64,000 bases of DNA from Alphaproteobacteria bacterium (GTDB taxonomy: Bacteria; Pseudomonadota; Alphaproteobacteria; Rs-D84), in the NCBI GenBank assembly GCA_024402765.1, contig JAKSTC010000001.1, forward strand, positions 3,170-67,169. The letters run 5' to 3'. The notes beneath the pieces were generated by a model that was not told where the DNA came from, did no database searches, and saw nothing but the letters and a program-made list of their open reading frames with translations. This document shows, piece after piece, positions 40,894 to 51,153 of the stretch (position 1 is the first letter of the stretch; each line of letters opens with the position of its first letter). The position numbers were made by a program, and so were the translations under genes.

Positions 40894-41718
40894 TTATTCT
40901 TCTGATGTTGAAATAACCAGAACACGATTACCCTTATAAAACTTTGCATACGGAATTGGTGTCGCACGACCAAAATTACGAACCAAAGCAGATGCAACAT
41001 CCACAAAGCGTCCCTTAAACACTGCGCTTGCCTCTATCGGATATTCACGGGCGGTTGTCCAAACCAAATCCCAACCTTCCTTGTCGCACCACGCCTGCAA
41101 TACTTCGCGTAATGTTTGTCCATTTGCAACAACCCATGAACGAACCTGGTCACCCAAAAGCATACCATCCTGGGGTTCAGATGATGCATTAACACCTATC
41201 TCGTTTTCACTAGGAACCTCTTCGGAAATACCAGCCTGTGCCAAATAAGAACCCCTATTACAATTTTTACGACCACTGCGTGACATTGCCAAAACCGCAC
41301 CACCATCATCTTCTAAAACCTCACGCTTTAACAAAGGCATTTCATATCCAAACGCACATTCATCATCAAAGCCAACCGGAATCTGATTTCCGTGCAACAT
41401 ATTTGCCCCCCCAGACCAACCAGCAAAATCACCATGCATTGGAATATCAAAACTATTTTCGACGATTAAATCTGCGCCATCTTTGGACACAATACGAATA
41501 TTATCACTGTTCGTACAACCCTTGTCCCCACACATGACATCAACGTCCGCGTCTGATCCCGCAATTGGCCAAGCCGGTACAAAAGCATTCGATTCTTGAA
41601 CCTGTTGTCCAGAATCAACAAAAACCTCAGACGTGACAACCTCTGGTAAATAGCCATCAGCAAAGCAATAACCCGCCGCTGTCAAAGACATTGCGATAAT
41701 AAATATTTTACGGAACAT
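40894..41718 (-). CDS. TcpQ/PilL-like pilus biogenesis protein
   Basis: Signal peptide. C-terminal GQTLREVLQAWCDKEGWDLVWTTAREYPIEASAVFKGRFVDVASALV...YKGNRVLVIS matches the TcpQ C-terminal domain pattern. Lies directly upstream of the secretin gene. Confidence 0.5.
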   Translation of the reverse strand: MFRKIFIIAMSLTAAGYCFADGYLPEVVTSEVFVDSGQQVQESNAFVPAWPIAGSDADVDVMCGDKGCTNSDNIRIVSKDGADLIVENSFDIPMHGDFAGWSGGANMLHGNQIPVGFDDECAFGYEMPLLKREVLEDDGGAVLAMSRSGRKNCNRGSYLAQAGISEEVPSENEIGVNASSEPQDGMLLGDQVRSWVVANGQTLREVLQAWCDKEGWDLVWTTAREYPIEASAVFKGRFVDVASALVRNFGRATPIPYAKFYKGNRVLVISTSEE

Positions 41719-41863
41719 TTTTCTTCCTTTCTCATTTTTTTGTTATTATAACAATTTGCTCGAATCGGTGCAAGACTTAAAATTATTAAAAAGTAAATTA
41801 CGGCGAATCGGTATTTTTGTGTTATACTTAACCCATAAACAAATACAATTAAGGAAGCAAAAA

Positions 41864-42403
41864 ATGGAAAACATAATTATAATTGGTGGTTTGTCTTTTA
41901 TTATTTTGGCAATGATTGGAATATTTATACTAATATCTCAGAATAATCGTCGCATACAAAACATAAACAAAACCTTAGAGTTTCAATATAATCTTATTGT
42001 AAAGGTCCAATCCATATTGAAAACAAAATCTGCAACAAATGCTTTTGCAGAAAACGCCGAAATAATTTATCAAGATTTATTAAATAGTCTTATACCAATT
42101 ATGGCAGAATTAAATGTTATGCCCCGCCAAACAAATGAACATGCATTATGGCGTTCTTTGGGTGGAATAATTGACGAATATGCAAAAAATCCTTTTGTGT
42201 TGGAAAAACTAAGACGCGCTATAAAATTAAATCCTGAAATAGCACACTGTGTTGATAATTATATGACTCGTTCTGATAAATTATTAACATATTTAACTGC
42301 CACAGACCCGAACGGTATTTTAACAACGACATTTACAGACGGTTTGCTTGGACAATCATTAACATTTTTTGCGCAAGCAAAACAACTGGCGACCCAAGAG
42401 TAG
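41864..42403 (+). CDS. Hypothetical membrane-anchored protein (179 aa)
   Basis: Start at MENIIIIGGLSFIILAMIGIFILI (aaggaag SD), which forms a single N-terminal TM segment. Confidence 0.4.
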   Translation: MENIIIIGGLSFIILAMIGIFILISQNNRRIQNINKTLEFQYNLIVKVQSILKTKSATNAFAENAEIIYQDLLNSLIPIMAELNVMPRQTNEHALWRSLGGIIDEYAKNPFVLEKLRRAIKLNPEIAHCVDNYMTRSDKLLTYLTATDPNGILTTTFTDGLLGQSLTFFAQAKQLATQE

Positions 42404-42406
42404 TTA

Positions 42407-43738
42407 ATGAAAACATTACGCGACAATCTTATCAAAAAAATATCCAAAACTAGAAACGAACCAGATTGGTTGTTGCAATGGCGTCTTGACGCATTTCATC
42501 ATTGGGAAAAATTATCTGAACCACATTGGGCAGAAATAAAATATTCCCCAATAGATTATGACAAACTAAACTATTACAACGAACAGCCTAAAATTGACAA
42601 TTCGGAATTACTTGATACATATAAAAAGATGGGCTTGCCAGAAAGCGAGCAACACGCCCTGTTGGGAATGGCAACAGATACAGTCATAGACAGCTCATCT
42701 GTTCATACGTCTTATACCCAAGAACTAAAAAAGTTGGGAATTATATTTTTACCTTTTTCAGAAGCTGTCAAACAACATCCTGATTTGGTAAAAAAATATT
42801 TAGGAAGTGTCGTACCATACACCGACAACTTTTTTGCCGCATTAAATTCTGCGGTGTTTTCTGATGGAACATTCGTTTATATTCCGCCACACACCACCTG
42901 CCCTATTGATTTAGCGAGTTATTTCCGAATTGAAACCGCAAAGATTGGTCAATTTGAACGGACTTTGATAATTGCTGATACCGGCGCAACATTAACATAT
43001 ATGGAAGGATGCAGCGCCCCACGTCGCCCAAATCATCAATTACACAGTGGGGTTGTTGAAATAGTTGTATGTGATGATGCATATGTTAAATATTCAACCG
43101 TTCAAAATTGGTATGCTGGAAAATTAAACAACGATAAAGAACAAACAAACGGCATATTAAACTTTGTTACAAAACGTGGTAAATGTATGAATAACGCACG
43201 TCTTGATTGGACACAAATAGAAGTTGGATCTGCAATGACATGGAAATATCCATCTACGATTTTGCTTGGAAATCATGCGTATAGCGATTTTTATTCTCTG
43301 ACCATTACGCGCGATGGACAACAGTCTGATACCGGAACAAAAATGATTCACATTGGCGATAATACAACATCAAATATTTTATCATACGGTGTTGCACTTG
43401 ATTATTCACATCAGACATTTCGCAGTCTGGTCAGTTTTAATGGACACAACTGTACAAATGCATCAAAATGCGATTCTAAAATAATCGGCAGTAATGCAAA
43501 TATAAATACAATACCAACAATCGTTCATACCAATAATACAAATCATCAATCACACGAAGCCACCACAGGTGCTATTGATGTGGAAACATTACATTATCTT
43601 GAGCTATGTGGTATTGATACAGATACTGCCATAGCATTAATAATTGGTGCAAACGCTGAACCAATTATTTCAAGACTACCAATGGAATTTTTGGTTGAAT
43701 CAAAACAACTTATACAAATGGCAATATCAAAGGAATAA
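42407..43738 (+). CDS. sufB: Fe-S cluster assembly protein SufB
   Basis: Conserved SufB core (TLIIADTGATLTYMEGCSAP...). Confidence 0.7.
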   Translation: MKTLRDNLIKKISKTRNEPDWLLQWRLDAFHHWEKLSEPHWAEIKYSPIDYDKLNYYNEQPKIDNSELLDTYKKMGLPESEQHALLGMATDTVIDSSSVHTSYTQELKKLGIIFLPFSEAVKQHPDLVKKYLGSVVPYTDNFFAALNSAVFSDGTFVYIPPHTTCPIDLASYFRIETAKIGQFERTLIIADTGATLTYMEGCSAPRRPNHQLHSGVVEIVVCDDAYVKYSTVQNWYAGKLNNDKEQTNGILNFVTKRGKCMNNARLDWTQIEVGSAMTWKYPSTILLGNHAYSDFYSLTITRDGQQSDTGTKMIHIGDNTTSNILSYGVALDYSHQTFRSLVSFNGHNCTNASKCDSKIIGSNANINTIPTIVHTNNTNHQSHEATTGAIDVETLHYLELCGIDTDTAIALIIGANAEPIISRLPMEFLVESKQLIQMAISKE

Positions 43739-43741
43739 ATA

Positions 43742-44413
43742 ATGTTAGACATAACAAACTTATCTGTTAGATTCGGTAATAAAGAATTATTACACAATAT
43801 AACTTTGCATGTTGCAGATGGCGCACGCCATTTATTGGCGGGTCACAATGGATCGGGCAAATCAACTTTGGTTGCTACGATTTCTGGAACCCCAGATTAT
43901 ACAATCACATCTGGAAAAATAATGTTTAATGGCACCGACATAACAAACGAAAGTGCAACATTTCGCGCCCTAAACGGTTTATTTGTTGGCACGCAAAATG
44001 TGCCAGAAATCCCAGGCTTAACAATAATCAGTTTATTAAAACATTCTTGTTCTGCGATTGCCCACTTTACAACAGGTAAAGATTTATCTATGGCGGAATT
44101 TTTAGAAAAGCTTGAACAAGCAAGAACACAACTAAACATACCACGCGAATGGCTAAACCGATCTGTAAACGTTGGTTTTTCTGGTGGTGAAAGAAAACGC
44201 ATAATGTTATTACGTTTATTATTATCCAACCCAAAAATGGCTATCTTGGACGAACCCGATTCTGGTGCCGACATTAAAACCCAAAAACTGATTGCGGACA
44301 CAATACAACAAATGAAGGACACAACATTTTTATTTATTAGTCATCAACCAAACTTTACAGATATGATTGCACCTGATACAATAACAACAATATCAGAAGG
44401 CAAGATAATATAA
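43742..44413 (+). CDS. sufC: Fe-S cluster assembly ATPase SufC
   Basis: ABC ATPase with GHNGSGKSTL and FSGGERKR, directly following sufB. Confidence 0.7.
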   Translation: MLDITNLSVRFGNKELLHNITLHVADGARHLLAGHNGSGKSTLVATISGTPDYTITSGKIMFNGTDITNESATFRALNGLFVGTQNVPEIPGLTIISLLKHSCSAIAHFTTGKDLSMAEFLEKLEQARTQLNIPREWLNRSVNVGFSGGERKRIMLLRLLLSNPKMAILDEPDSGADIKTQKLIADTIQQMKDTTFLFISHQPNFTDMIAPDTITTISEGKII

Positions 44414-44436
44414 GCAACAACCAAAAGGACATAACT

Positions 44437-45477
44437 ATGAACAGTATTTTAGTATTTATATTATTGATTGGTATCTTATTGATTGGACGTCCAATATTGA
44501 TTCCATTTTTTATAGCTGTCTTTTTATGGTATTTAATAAATGCGATTGCATCATACTATCGTAAAATTCTCCCCTTTAAGAACCCAAACGATTGTAAGCA
44601 TTGTTGTCTATATTGTTCATTTAATGTTATTGCTACCGTACTATCCATTGCGACAATCGGTGCAATTTGTGTTTTATTTGTGACCCAGGTAAAACCAATG
44701 TTTTCAGAATTAACATCTATGTTGCCTGATATTCAAAATCGTTTAATTGGTTTTGGAGATTACCTTTCTAAATCTTTTGGAATAACATTTGATGCCAGTT
44801 TATTACCAAATATAACAGGGGCCGCAACCAAGATAGGTTCATCACTCGCAAACATTGCAACGTCTATCGGTATGATATTAATATACATGCTATTCTTATT
44901 TTTCGAACAAGGAACATTCAGAAACAAAATTTTCAACATGTTTTCTAATCCTGCGAAATCACGCAAATTAAATTTTATTTTAAATAGCATTGATAAAAAC
45001 ATGAAGAAATATTTATTTATGAAAACCCTAATATCTGCTGCCACGGGTATATGTGGTTATATATGGTTACGGGCACTGGGCCTGGAATTTGCAGGCATCT
45101 GGGCATTTATGTTGTTTATATTAAATTACATACCAACAATCGGCTCTATTATTGCATGTGGTATGCCAATCGTATACGCATTGATTGCTGGGGGTGGATT
45201 ACCGGTTGCTATACCTGTTGCGATTGGGTTAATCGGCATACAAATAATATTTGGAAATATTCTGGATCCGAAATTAACTGGAAAAACATTAAACCTATCG
45301 ACACTTGCAATTTTATTAAACCTGGTATTTTGGGGATTAATTTGGGGAATTGCTGGAATGTTTTTCAGTGTTCCTATTTTGGTTGCAATCTATATTACAG
45401 TCGCACAATTTGACTCAACACGTTGGATTGCAGTATTATTATCAGCAGATGGAAACATCCCAGATAAATCTGAATAA
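44437..45477 (+). CDS. AI-2E (PerM/YhhT) family transporter
   Basis: Eight predicted TM segments and a C-terminal FFSVPILVAIY motif region. Confidence 0.6.
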   Translation: MNSILVFILLIGILLIGRPILIPFFIAVFLWYLINAIASYYRKILPFKNPNDCKHCCLYCSFNVIATVLSIATIGAICVLFVTQVKPMFSELTSMLPDIQNRLIGFGDYLSKSFGITFDASLLPNITGAATKIGSSLANIATSIGMILIYMLFLFFEQGTFRNKIFNMFSNPAKSRKLNFILNSIDKNMKKYLFMKTLISAATGICGYIWLRALGLEFAGIWAFMLFILNYIPTIGSIIACGMPIVYALIAGGGLPVAIPVAIGLIGIQIIFGNILDPKLTGKTLNLSTLAILLNLVFWGLIWGIAGMFFSVPILVAIYITVAQFDSTRWIAVLLSADGNIPDKSE

Positions 45478-45484
45478 ATTTCTT

Positions 45485-45515
45485 CTATACGCATAAAAAC
45501 CGGCATTTGCCGGTT
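45485..45515. terminator. Bidirectional terminator (aaaccggcatttgccggttt)
   Basis: Hairpin between convergent genes. Confidence 0.6.
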
Positions 45516-45516
45516 T

Positions 45517-45957
45517 TTATAAAATTCTATTCATCAAGGAAATTGCATTTTCTAAAATAAGACGCGCAGATTCAGAATCTAATTTTTTCTTTATATCACT
45601 TTGACGAAGCCGTCCCATTGTTTCCTGGGCAGATATAGAAGACAATGTTTCATCAATAAAACAAATTGGTACATTTACAATTTGCGATAAACCTTGTGCA
45701 AAATCACGTACTGCTTTTGTTGTATCTGATTCAGAGCCATCCGTACGAAGTGGCAATCCTAAAATAATTCCAACAATTTTTTCATCTGATACAATTTTGA
45801 CAATTTCCTGTAAAGCATCATCGCAAGTAATCACTGGACGTGTAAATACCATTTGACGTGTTTCGTCAGAAACTGCCACACCTACGCGACGAGCCCCCCA
45901 ATCGATACCGATTATACGTCCTTGTTTTGGAAAAGCCTTGAAATCTGGCAAAATCAT
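45517..45957 (-). CDS. ruvX: Putative pre-16S rRNA nuclease / Holliday-junction resolvase-like RuvX (YqgF)
   Basis: IIGIDWGARRVGVAVSD N-terminus typical of YqgF. Confidence 0.8.
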   Translation of the reverse strand: MILPDFKAFPKQGRIIGIDWGARRVGVAVSDETRQMVFTRPVITCDDALQEIVKIVSDEKIVGIILGLPLRTDGSESDTTKAVRDFAQGLSQIVNVPICFIDETLSSISAQETMGRLRQSDIKKKLDSESARLILENAISLMNRIL

Positions 45958-45988
45958 AGTATAATTCCTTTACTCTTAAATAATAGGA

Positions 45989-46288
45989 TTGAAAATGGCA
46001 TTTAGCAAGCAACAATTACATAAATTCGCAGATCTTATCAAAATTGATATTTCGGACGAAAAACTGGACCAAATGAACATTGATTCTGTTATCGATTGGT
46101 TGGATAAATTGCAACAAATTGATACAACAGGTATTGAACCAATGTTAAGTCCCTCTGAACATAAACTGCCCCTGCGCGAAGATGTTGTAACCGAACCAAA
46201 CATGCGCACTGAAATTATGGCAAACGATCCGGATACCGCTGGTGTATCACGTGGATACTTTGCTGTTCCAAAGGTTATGGATGAATAA
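45989..46288 (+). CDS. gatC: Glu/Asp-tRNA amidotransferase subunit C
   Basis: 99 aa with GatC-like profile and a ...TEPNMRTE C-terminal motif. Confidence 0.7.
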   Translation: MKMAFSKQQLHKFADLIKIDISDEKLDQMNIDSVIDWLDKLQQIDTTGIEPMLSPSEHKLPLREDVVTEPNMRTEIMANDPDTAGVSRGYFAVPKVMDE

Positions 46289-46303
46289 TACAGGGGATAT
46301 GCT

Positions 46304-46696
46304 ATGACAACAGCAAAATATGATTTGTATTTATCAAACCCGACCTTTGACATCATTCATAATTGTGAGTTAATATCTGCAGCCAAAGCCCAAAGGTATC
46401 TCCAAGAACTTAGCAATTGGCACTCTATTCCGCATAATTCTTGTTTGTACAGTTTATCTGCACATCTTGTTTCTCACAATAGTAAAAAATTTTCTTTAAC
46501 TCATAATTCACGTTTAACCCCAGAAATTAGTGAAACAAACTACGGGGCGCTAGGATTAAGAATAAACCTAAAAACATGCAAAAAATGTCCAACGGAAAAA
46601 TGTTTCATAAATATTTGCTCTGGCGAATGCTCTGATGACTTTGTCCGTAAAATTATCGGAAAAAAATTATTCGCTGAAAAGTATCAAAAAAAATAG
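46304..46696 (+). CDS. Hypothetical Cys-containing protein (130 aa) inserted between gatC and gatA
   Basis: ORF filling the gatC-gatA gap. Contains CKKCPTEKC and CSGEC motifs. No family recognised. Confidence 0.4.
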   Translation: MTTAKYDLYLSNPTFDIIHNCELISAAKAQRYLQELSNWHSIPHNSCLYSLSAHLVSHNSKKFSLTHNSRLTPEISETNYGALGLRINLKTCKKCPTEKCFINICSGECSDDFVRKIIGKKLFAEKYQKK

Positions 46697-46706
46697 GAAA
46701 AACGAT

Positions 46707-48176
46707 ATGATTGATTTAACAATTACCGAAGCATTACAAAAATTAAAATCGCGTGAAATTTCCGCAACCGAATTAACGAGCGCATATTTGGACCGCATTG
46801 ACAAATATGGTGCTGATTTAAATTGCTATATCACAACAACACCTGAACGCGCATTATCTGACGCGATGGCGGCGGACGAACGTTACGCAAATGGAACGGC
46901 AAAATTATTAGACGGTATGCCGATCGCAATGAAGGATTTATTTGCGACACGTGGTATTCGCACAACGGCTGCATCCCGTATGCTTGAAAACTTTGTTCCA
47001 CAATATGAATCAACCGTATCACAAAAATTCATTGATGCAGGAACTGTTTTATTAGGCAAGGCGAATTTGGATGAATTTGCAATGGGCACATTTTCCAAAA
47101 CATCTTACTTTGGCGCACCTGTTAATCCATGGCAAATGGAAAAACGATTAACGGCTGGCGGTTCTTCGGGTGGCTCAACATCTGCGGTGGCAGCTGGCTT
47201 AGCTATTGCCGCAACTGGAACCGATACTGGGGGTTCCATTCGTTTTCCATCTGCGGTAACGGGTTTAGTCGGTCTAAAACCAACATACGGCCTATGTTCC
47301 CGTTGGGGTTGTGTTGCATTTGCGTCATCTTTAGATACCCCGGGACCAATTGCACGTACTGCCGATGATGTTGCATTAATGTTAACCGCGATGGCGGGAC
47401 ATGATGATAAGGATTCGACCAGCGCACCAAACGCACATTTTGAATCAGATGGTAATTTACAACCAATCTTGGGTGATGGCAAAACATTAAAGGTTGGTAT
47501 TATCAAAGAACTTGCAAATGTTGATGTATCCCCAGACATGAAACAATTATTTGAAAAACGAATTGCCGACCTTAAATCAATCGGTGCAGAAATTGTTGAG
47601 GTTTCAATTCCAAACATCCTGGATGCATTGGCGGCATATTATATAATTGCCCCAGCAGAGGCATCTTCGAACCTGGCACGTTATGACGGCATGCGTTATG
47701 GCCTGCGGGTTGATGGGGACGGTCCATACGATACATACAAAAAGACACGTGCTGCGGGTTTCGGGGATGAAGTGCAACGCCGTATGATTATTGGAACGGC
47801 GGTATTATCCAGCGAATCGTATGATGTCTATTTCATGCAGGCTGCACGTGTTCGCCGTATGATTGCGGATAGTTTTAATGCTGCATTTGAACAATGTGAT
47901 TTAATTGTATGTCCATCCAGTGCAGGCACCGCAATGCCACTTAGTTCTGATTTAACACCATTGGAATATTACGCATTGGATTTATTTACAGTTGCAATGA
48001 ATTTAGCGGGTATTCCTGCGGCAAGTGTTCCATGTGGTTTGGCATCAAACGGTCTGCCCCTGGGGATGCAGGTTGTTGGAAAACGTTTTGATGATATGCG
48101 TGTTCTGCAATTGGCAAAACATATTCAGCAATTCGCAAATGTTGATAACCGTCCGACAAAAATTATGGGAAAGTAA
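46707..48176 (+). CDS. gatA: Glu/Asp-tRNA amidotransferase subunit A
   Basis: Amidase signature (GGSSGGS...) with the Ser-cisSer-Lys triad region. Start at MIDLTITEAL (aggaaa SD). Confidence 0.85.
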   Translation: MIDLTITEALQKLKSREISATELTSAYLDRIDKYGADLNCYITTTPERALSDAMAADERYANGTAKLLDGMPIAMKDLFATRGIRTTAASRMLENFVPQYESTVSQKFIDAGTVLLGKANLDEFAMGTFSKTSYFGAPVNPWQMEKRLTAGGSSGGSTSAVAAGLAIAATGTDTGGSIRFPSAVTGLVGLKPTYGLCSRWGCVAFASSLDTPGPIARTADDVALMLTAMAGHDDKDSTSAPNAHFESDGNLQPILGDGKTLKVGIIKELANVDVSPDMKQLFEKRIADLKSIGAEIVEVSIPNILDALAAYYIIAPAEASSNLARYDGMRYGLRVDGDGPYDTYKKTRAAGFGDEVQRRMIIGTAVLSSESYDVYFMQAARVRRMIADSFNAAFEQCDLIVCPSSAGTAMPLSSDLTPLEYYALDLFTVAMNLAGIPAASVPCGLASNGLPLGMQVVGKRFDDMRVLQLAKHIQQFANVDNRPTKIMGK

Positions 48177-48224
48177 AATTTAAGGTGAATTGGAATAAAG
48201 GGAAAATGGTTATGGTAAAAAAAA

Positions 48225-48300
48225 TGGTGGCTAGGAGAGGAATCGAACCACTGACACAGGGATTTTCAGTCCCTTGCTCTACCAACTGAGCTACCTAGCC
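48225..48300 (-). tRNA. tRNA-Phe (anticodon GAA)
   Basis: Manual fold: GGCTAGG acceptor, anticodon loop CTGAAAA, T-loop TTCGATT, encoded CCA. Confidence 0.8.
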
Positions 48301-48356
48301 AACTGCGAAACGCATAATAAGGTATAAAAAACAAAAATGCAAGGAAAATCTATATT

Positions 48357-49052
48357 ATGAAAAAGTTGTTTAAATTTTATATAGATGAAAAAAACGAATA
48401 CAATGACTTATTCGGTATGATTACTGGCGATACAGATATTACAAATTCAGTTAATCGTGCGGCACAATATGCTATACCTTTAAATATCGCACAAGACAAA
48501 ACGGGCACATTATTAAAACAATTTCTACACGACAAATACAAAACATATAGCCAAGAATTAAAGCAAGCCTTATGTTTCCATAAGTCTTACATATCAAAAA
48601 ACAATAAACACATATACCAACAATTGAAACTCGCATTTAATCATGACATTCCTCAATATTCTGTCCGGCTAAACATGCAAATCGCAGGCATGTCCGACTG
48701 GTATGGCACAGACATTAGCATATATGCTTTTGATTATGTATCAAAATGGAAAGAAAACAATATGTTATTATCACTAATTTGGGAAACGGCTTTATCACAG
48801 ACGTTTATTGATATTCGTAAAAAATATACAAAGAAACAAATATGTGATAAAAAAGTGTGGGCAATATCTGAACTTACTGCAATCGCAATATGGAAAAAAT
48901 ATTTTTCAGAATATGATTGGAATTCTGTAAACGTTGGATACCCAGAGTTAATAAAACATCAAACTAAAATTTCTAAACTATATGAAACCGGTAATGGGTT
49001 TGATACATATTTAGATAATGCAGTAAAATTATTTAAACAAATAAAACTATAA
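48357..49052 (+). CDS. Hypothetical protein (231 aa) next to tRNA-Phe, within the gat cluster
   Basis: Clean ORF with no recognisable domain. Confidence 0.4.
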   Translation: MKKLFKFYIDEKNEYNDLFGMITGDTDITNSVNRAAQYAIPLNIAQDKTGTLLKQFLHDKYKTYSQELKQALCFHKSYISKNNKHIYQQLKLAFNHDIPQYSVRLNMQIAGMSDWYGTDISIYAFDYVSKWKENNMLLSLIWETALSQTFIDIRKKYTKKQICDKKVWAISELTAIAIWKKYFSEYDWNSVNVGYPELIKHQTKISKLYETGNGFDTYLDNAVKLFKQIKL

Positions 49053-49067
49053 ATAAAGGGCAAAGAA

Positions 49068-50591
49068 ATGTATACGATTAAGGGAAAAACATGTGATTGG
49101 GAAGTTGTTATCGGACTCGAAACACATATAGAGGTTTTATCAAAGTCAAAGATTTTCAGTGGTGCATCTGCTGACTATAACCCGACTATTGCCCCCAATA
49201 CCCAGGCATGTATGGTTGATGTCGCAATGCCGGGAATGTTGCCTGTATTAAATAAATATTGTGTTGAACAGGCGATTAAATTCGGTCTGGGTATAAACGC
49301 AAAAATTTCAAATCATTCTAAATTTGCCCGTAAACAGTATTTTTACCCTGACCTGCCCCAGGGATATCAGATTTCACAACCTGCCGAAGAACCACCTGTG
49401 GTTGGTCGTGGTTGGATTGAAATTATGGGCGATGATGGAAAACAAAAAAAGATATTAATTGAACGCGCACATTTGGAACAGGATGCCGGTAAATTAAAAC
49501 ACGACATGCATCCAACAAAATCTTTTGCCGATTATAATAGAACTGGCGTTGCATTATTGGAAATCGTTACATTTTTGGATGTCAAAAATCCTGAAAATAA
49601 TTCTTATATTACATCCCCCGATGAAGCAGAAAGATATCTGCGTGAAATTCGTGAAATTGCGCGTGCGCTTGGTGTATCCAAGGCGAATATGGAAGAAGGC
49701 TCCATGCGTGCAGACGTTAATGTTTCTGTTCGTCCTGTGGGTGATACAAAATTCCGCACCAGAACAGAAACAAAAAACATGGTGTCATTTAAATTTATTA
49801 AAACAGCTATTGAATACGAGGCACGCCGCCAAATAGAAATCTATGAAAATGGTGGCACAGTGTCCCAGGATACAATGCGTTATAGTCAAGAAGACGGCAC
49901 AACGTCCGTCTTACGTTCCAAAGAAGACGCATTGGATTATCGTTATTTCCCTGATCCTGATTTATTAGAATTAGAAATAAGTGACGACGAAATTGAACGT
50001 GTTCGTAAAACAATGCCGGAATTGCCATCTGCCACACGTGCTAGATACATAAATGACTTGGGACTCGCCGAATATGATGCGGCACGTTTAACCGAAACAA
50101 CTGATATTTCACATTGGTTTGATACGGCGGTTGGTGATAAAAAGCAACGCGCAAAACCAATTGCAAACTGGATGATAAGTGAATTATTTGCCCATCCTGA
50201 AAATTGGGATGTAACAAATACTATCCAGGTTGCCGAAGATGGCGCACCACGTATAATTACACCATCTGATTTAGCGCTCTTGGTTGATATGATTTCTGAA
50301 AATCAAATTAACGGGAAACAAGCCAAAGAAATATTTATAAAAATGTTGGATGGCGAATCGGGTACCCCCCAGGAAATTGCAGATAAATTTGGTATGAAAC
50401 AAATGACCGATACTGGTGCAATTGAAAAAATCGTTGATAATGTTATTGCTGCGAACCAACCTCAGGTTGAGCAATATAAATCTGGCAAAGTTGGCTTGCT
50501 CGGCTTCTTTGTGGGGAATGTAATGAAGTTAAGCGGTGGCACAGCAAACCCAGCGGTTGTAAACGAAATAATTAGAAAAAAATTAGCATAA
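49068..50591 (+). CDS. gatB: Glu/Asp-tRNA amidotransferase subunit B
   Basis: WEVVIGLETH N-terminal motif, GatB core and C-terminal YqeY-like domain. Confidence 0.85.
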   Translation: MYTIKGKTCDWEVVIGLETHIEVLSKSKIFSGASADYNPTIAPNTQACMVDVAMPGMLPVLNKYCVEQAIKFGLGINAKISNHSKFARKQYFYPDLPQGYQISQPAEEPPVVGRGWIEIMGDDGKQKKILIERAHLEQDAGKLKHDMHPTKSFADYNRTGVALLEIVTFLDVKNPENNSYITSPDEAERYLREIREIARALGVSKANMEEGSMRADVNVSVRPVGDTKFRTRTETKNMVSFKFIKTAIEYEARRQIEIYENGGTVSQDTMRYSQEDGTTSVLRSKEDALDYRYFPDPDLLELEISDDEIERVRKTMPELPSATRARYINDLGLAEYDAARLTETTDISHWFDTAVGDKKQRAKPIANWMISELFAHPENWDVTNTIQVAEDGAPRIITPSDLALLVDMISENQINGKQAKEIFIKMLDGESGTPQEIADKFGMKQMTDTGAIEKIVDNVIAANQPQVEQYKSGKVGLLGFFVGNVMKLSGGTANPAVVNEIIRKKLA

Positions 50592-50604
50592 AAAAGGACA
50601 GAAC

Positions 50605-50790
50605 ATGAAAATCATGACAATTATCAAAGACGACCACATAACCGGGGTAGAATATGGCATGGTCGAAATCAAAGAAGTCAATAAACAAGTATATTCGTAC
50701 CCAGCAAACCCAAAGGTAACATCAAAAAATCAAATTAAATCTACTACGAATCATTGCATTAGATCGGTTAAAAAAAGCAAAACACGATAA
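50605..50790 (+). CDS. Small hypothetical protein (61 aa)
   Basis: ORF only. Confidence 0.25.
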   Translation: MKIMTIIKDDHITGVEYGMVEIKEVNKQVYSYPANPKVTSKNQIKSTTNHCIRSVKKSKTR

Positions 50791-50796
50791 AAACAA

Positions 50797-51150
50797 ATGA
50801 CACACAAAATAATCGTTATTGGTCACAACATAGATCCAGATGAACAATTGCGTGTAATGCTAAAAACATTACATGCTTTAGGTTGTGATATAGAACATCC
50901 AACGATTGAATCTGCCGCACAAGTTTTGCGTGATGAGTATGACATAGAAGTATCTATAAAAAAGCCACTAACGATTCAAGAATTTTCGCTATCTAAAATG
51001 GACGAATTGGCAAAACATATAGCTTTGATATCCGCTGAAATTAAGCAGGCACAAAAACAAGAGCAAAAATGCTTTTCACATAATCAACAAAAATATTACA
51101 ATCGCATGCAAAACATTCGTATAAAAGCATTTAAATCAAGGCACAGATAA
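50797..51150 (+). CDS. Hypothetical protein (117 aa)
   Basis: ORF lying between gatB and miaB. Confidence 0.35.
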   Translation: MTHKIIVIGHNIDPDEQLRVMLKTLHALGCDIEHPTIESAAQVLRDEYDIEVSIKKPLTIQEFSLSKMDELAKHIALISAEIKQAQKQEQKCFSHNQQKYYNRMQNIRIKAFKSRHR

Positions 51151-51153
51151 TTA

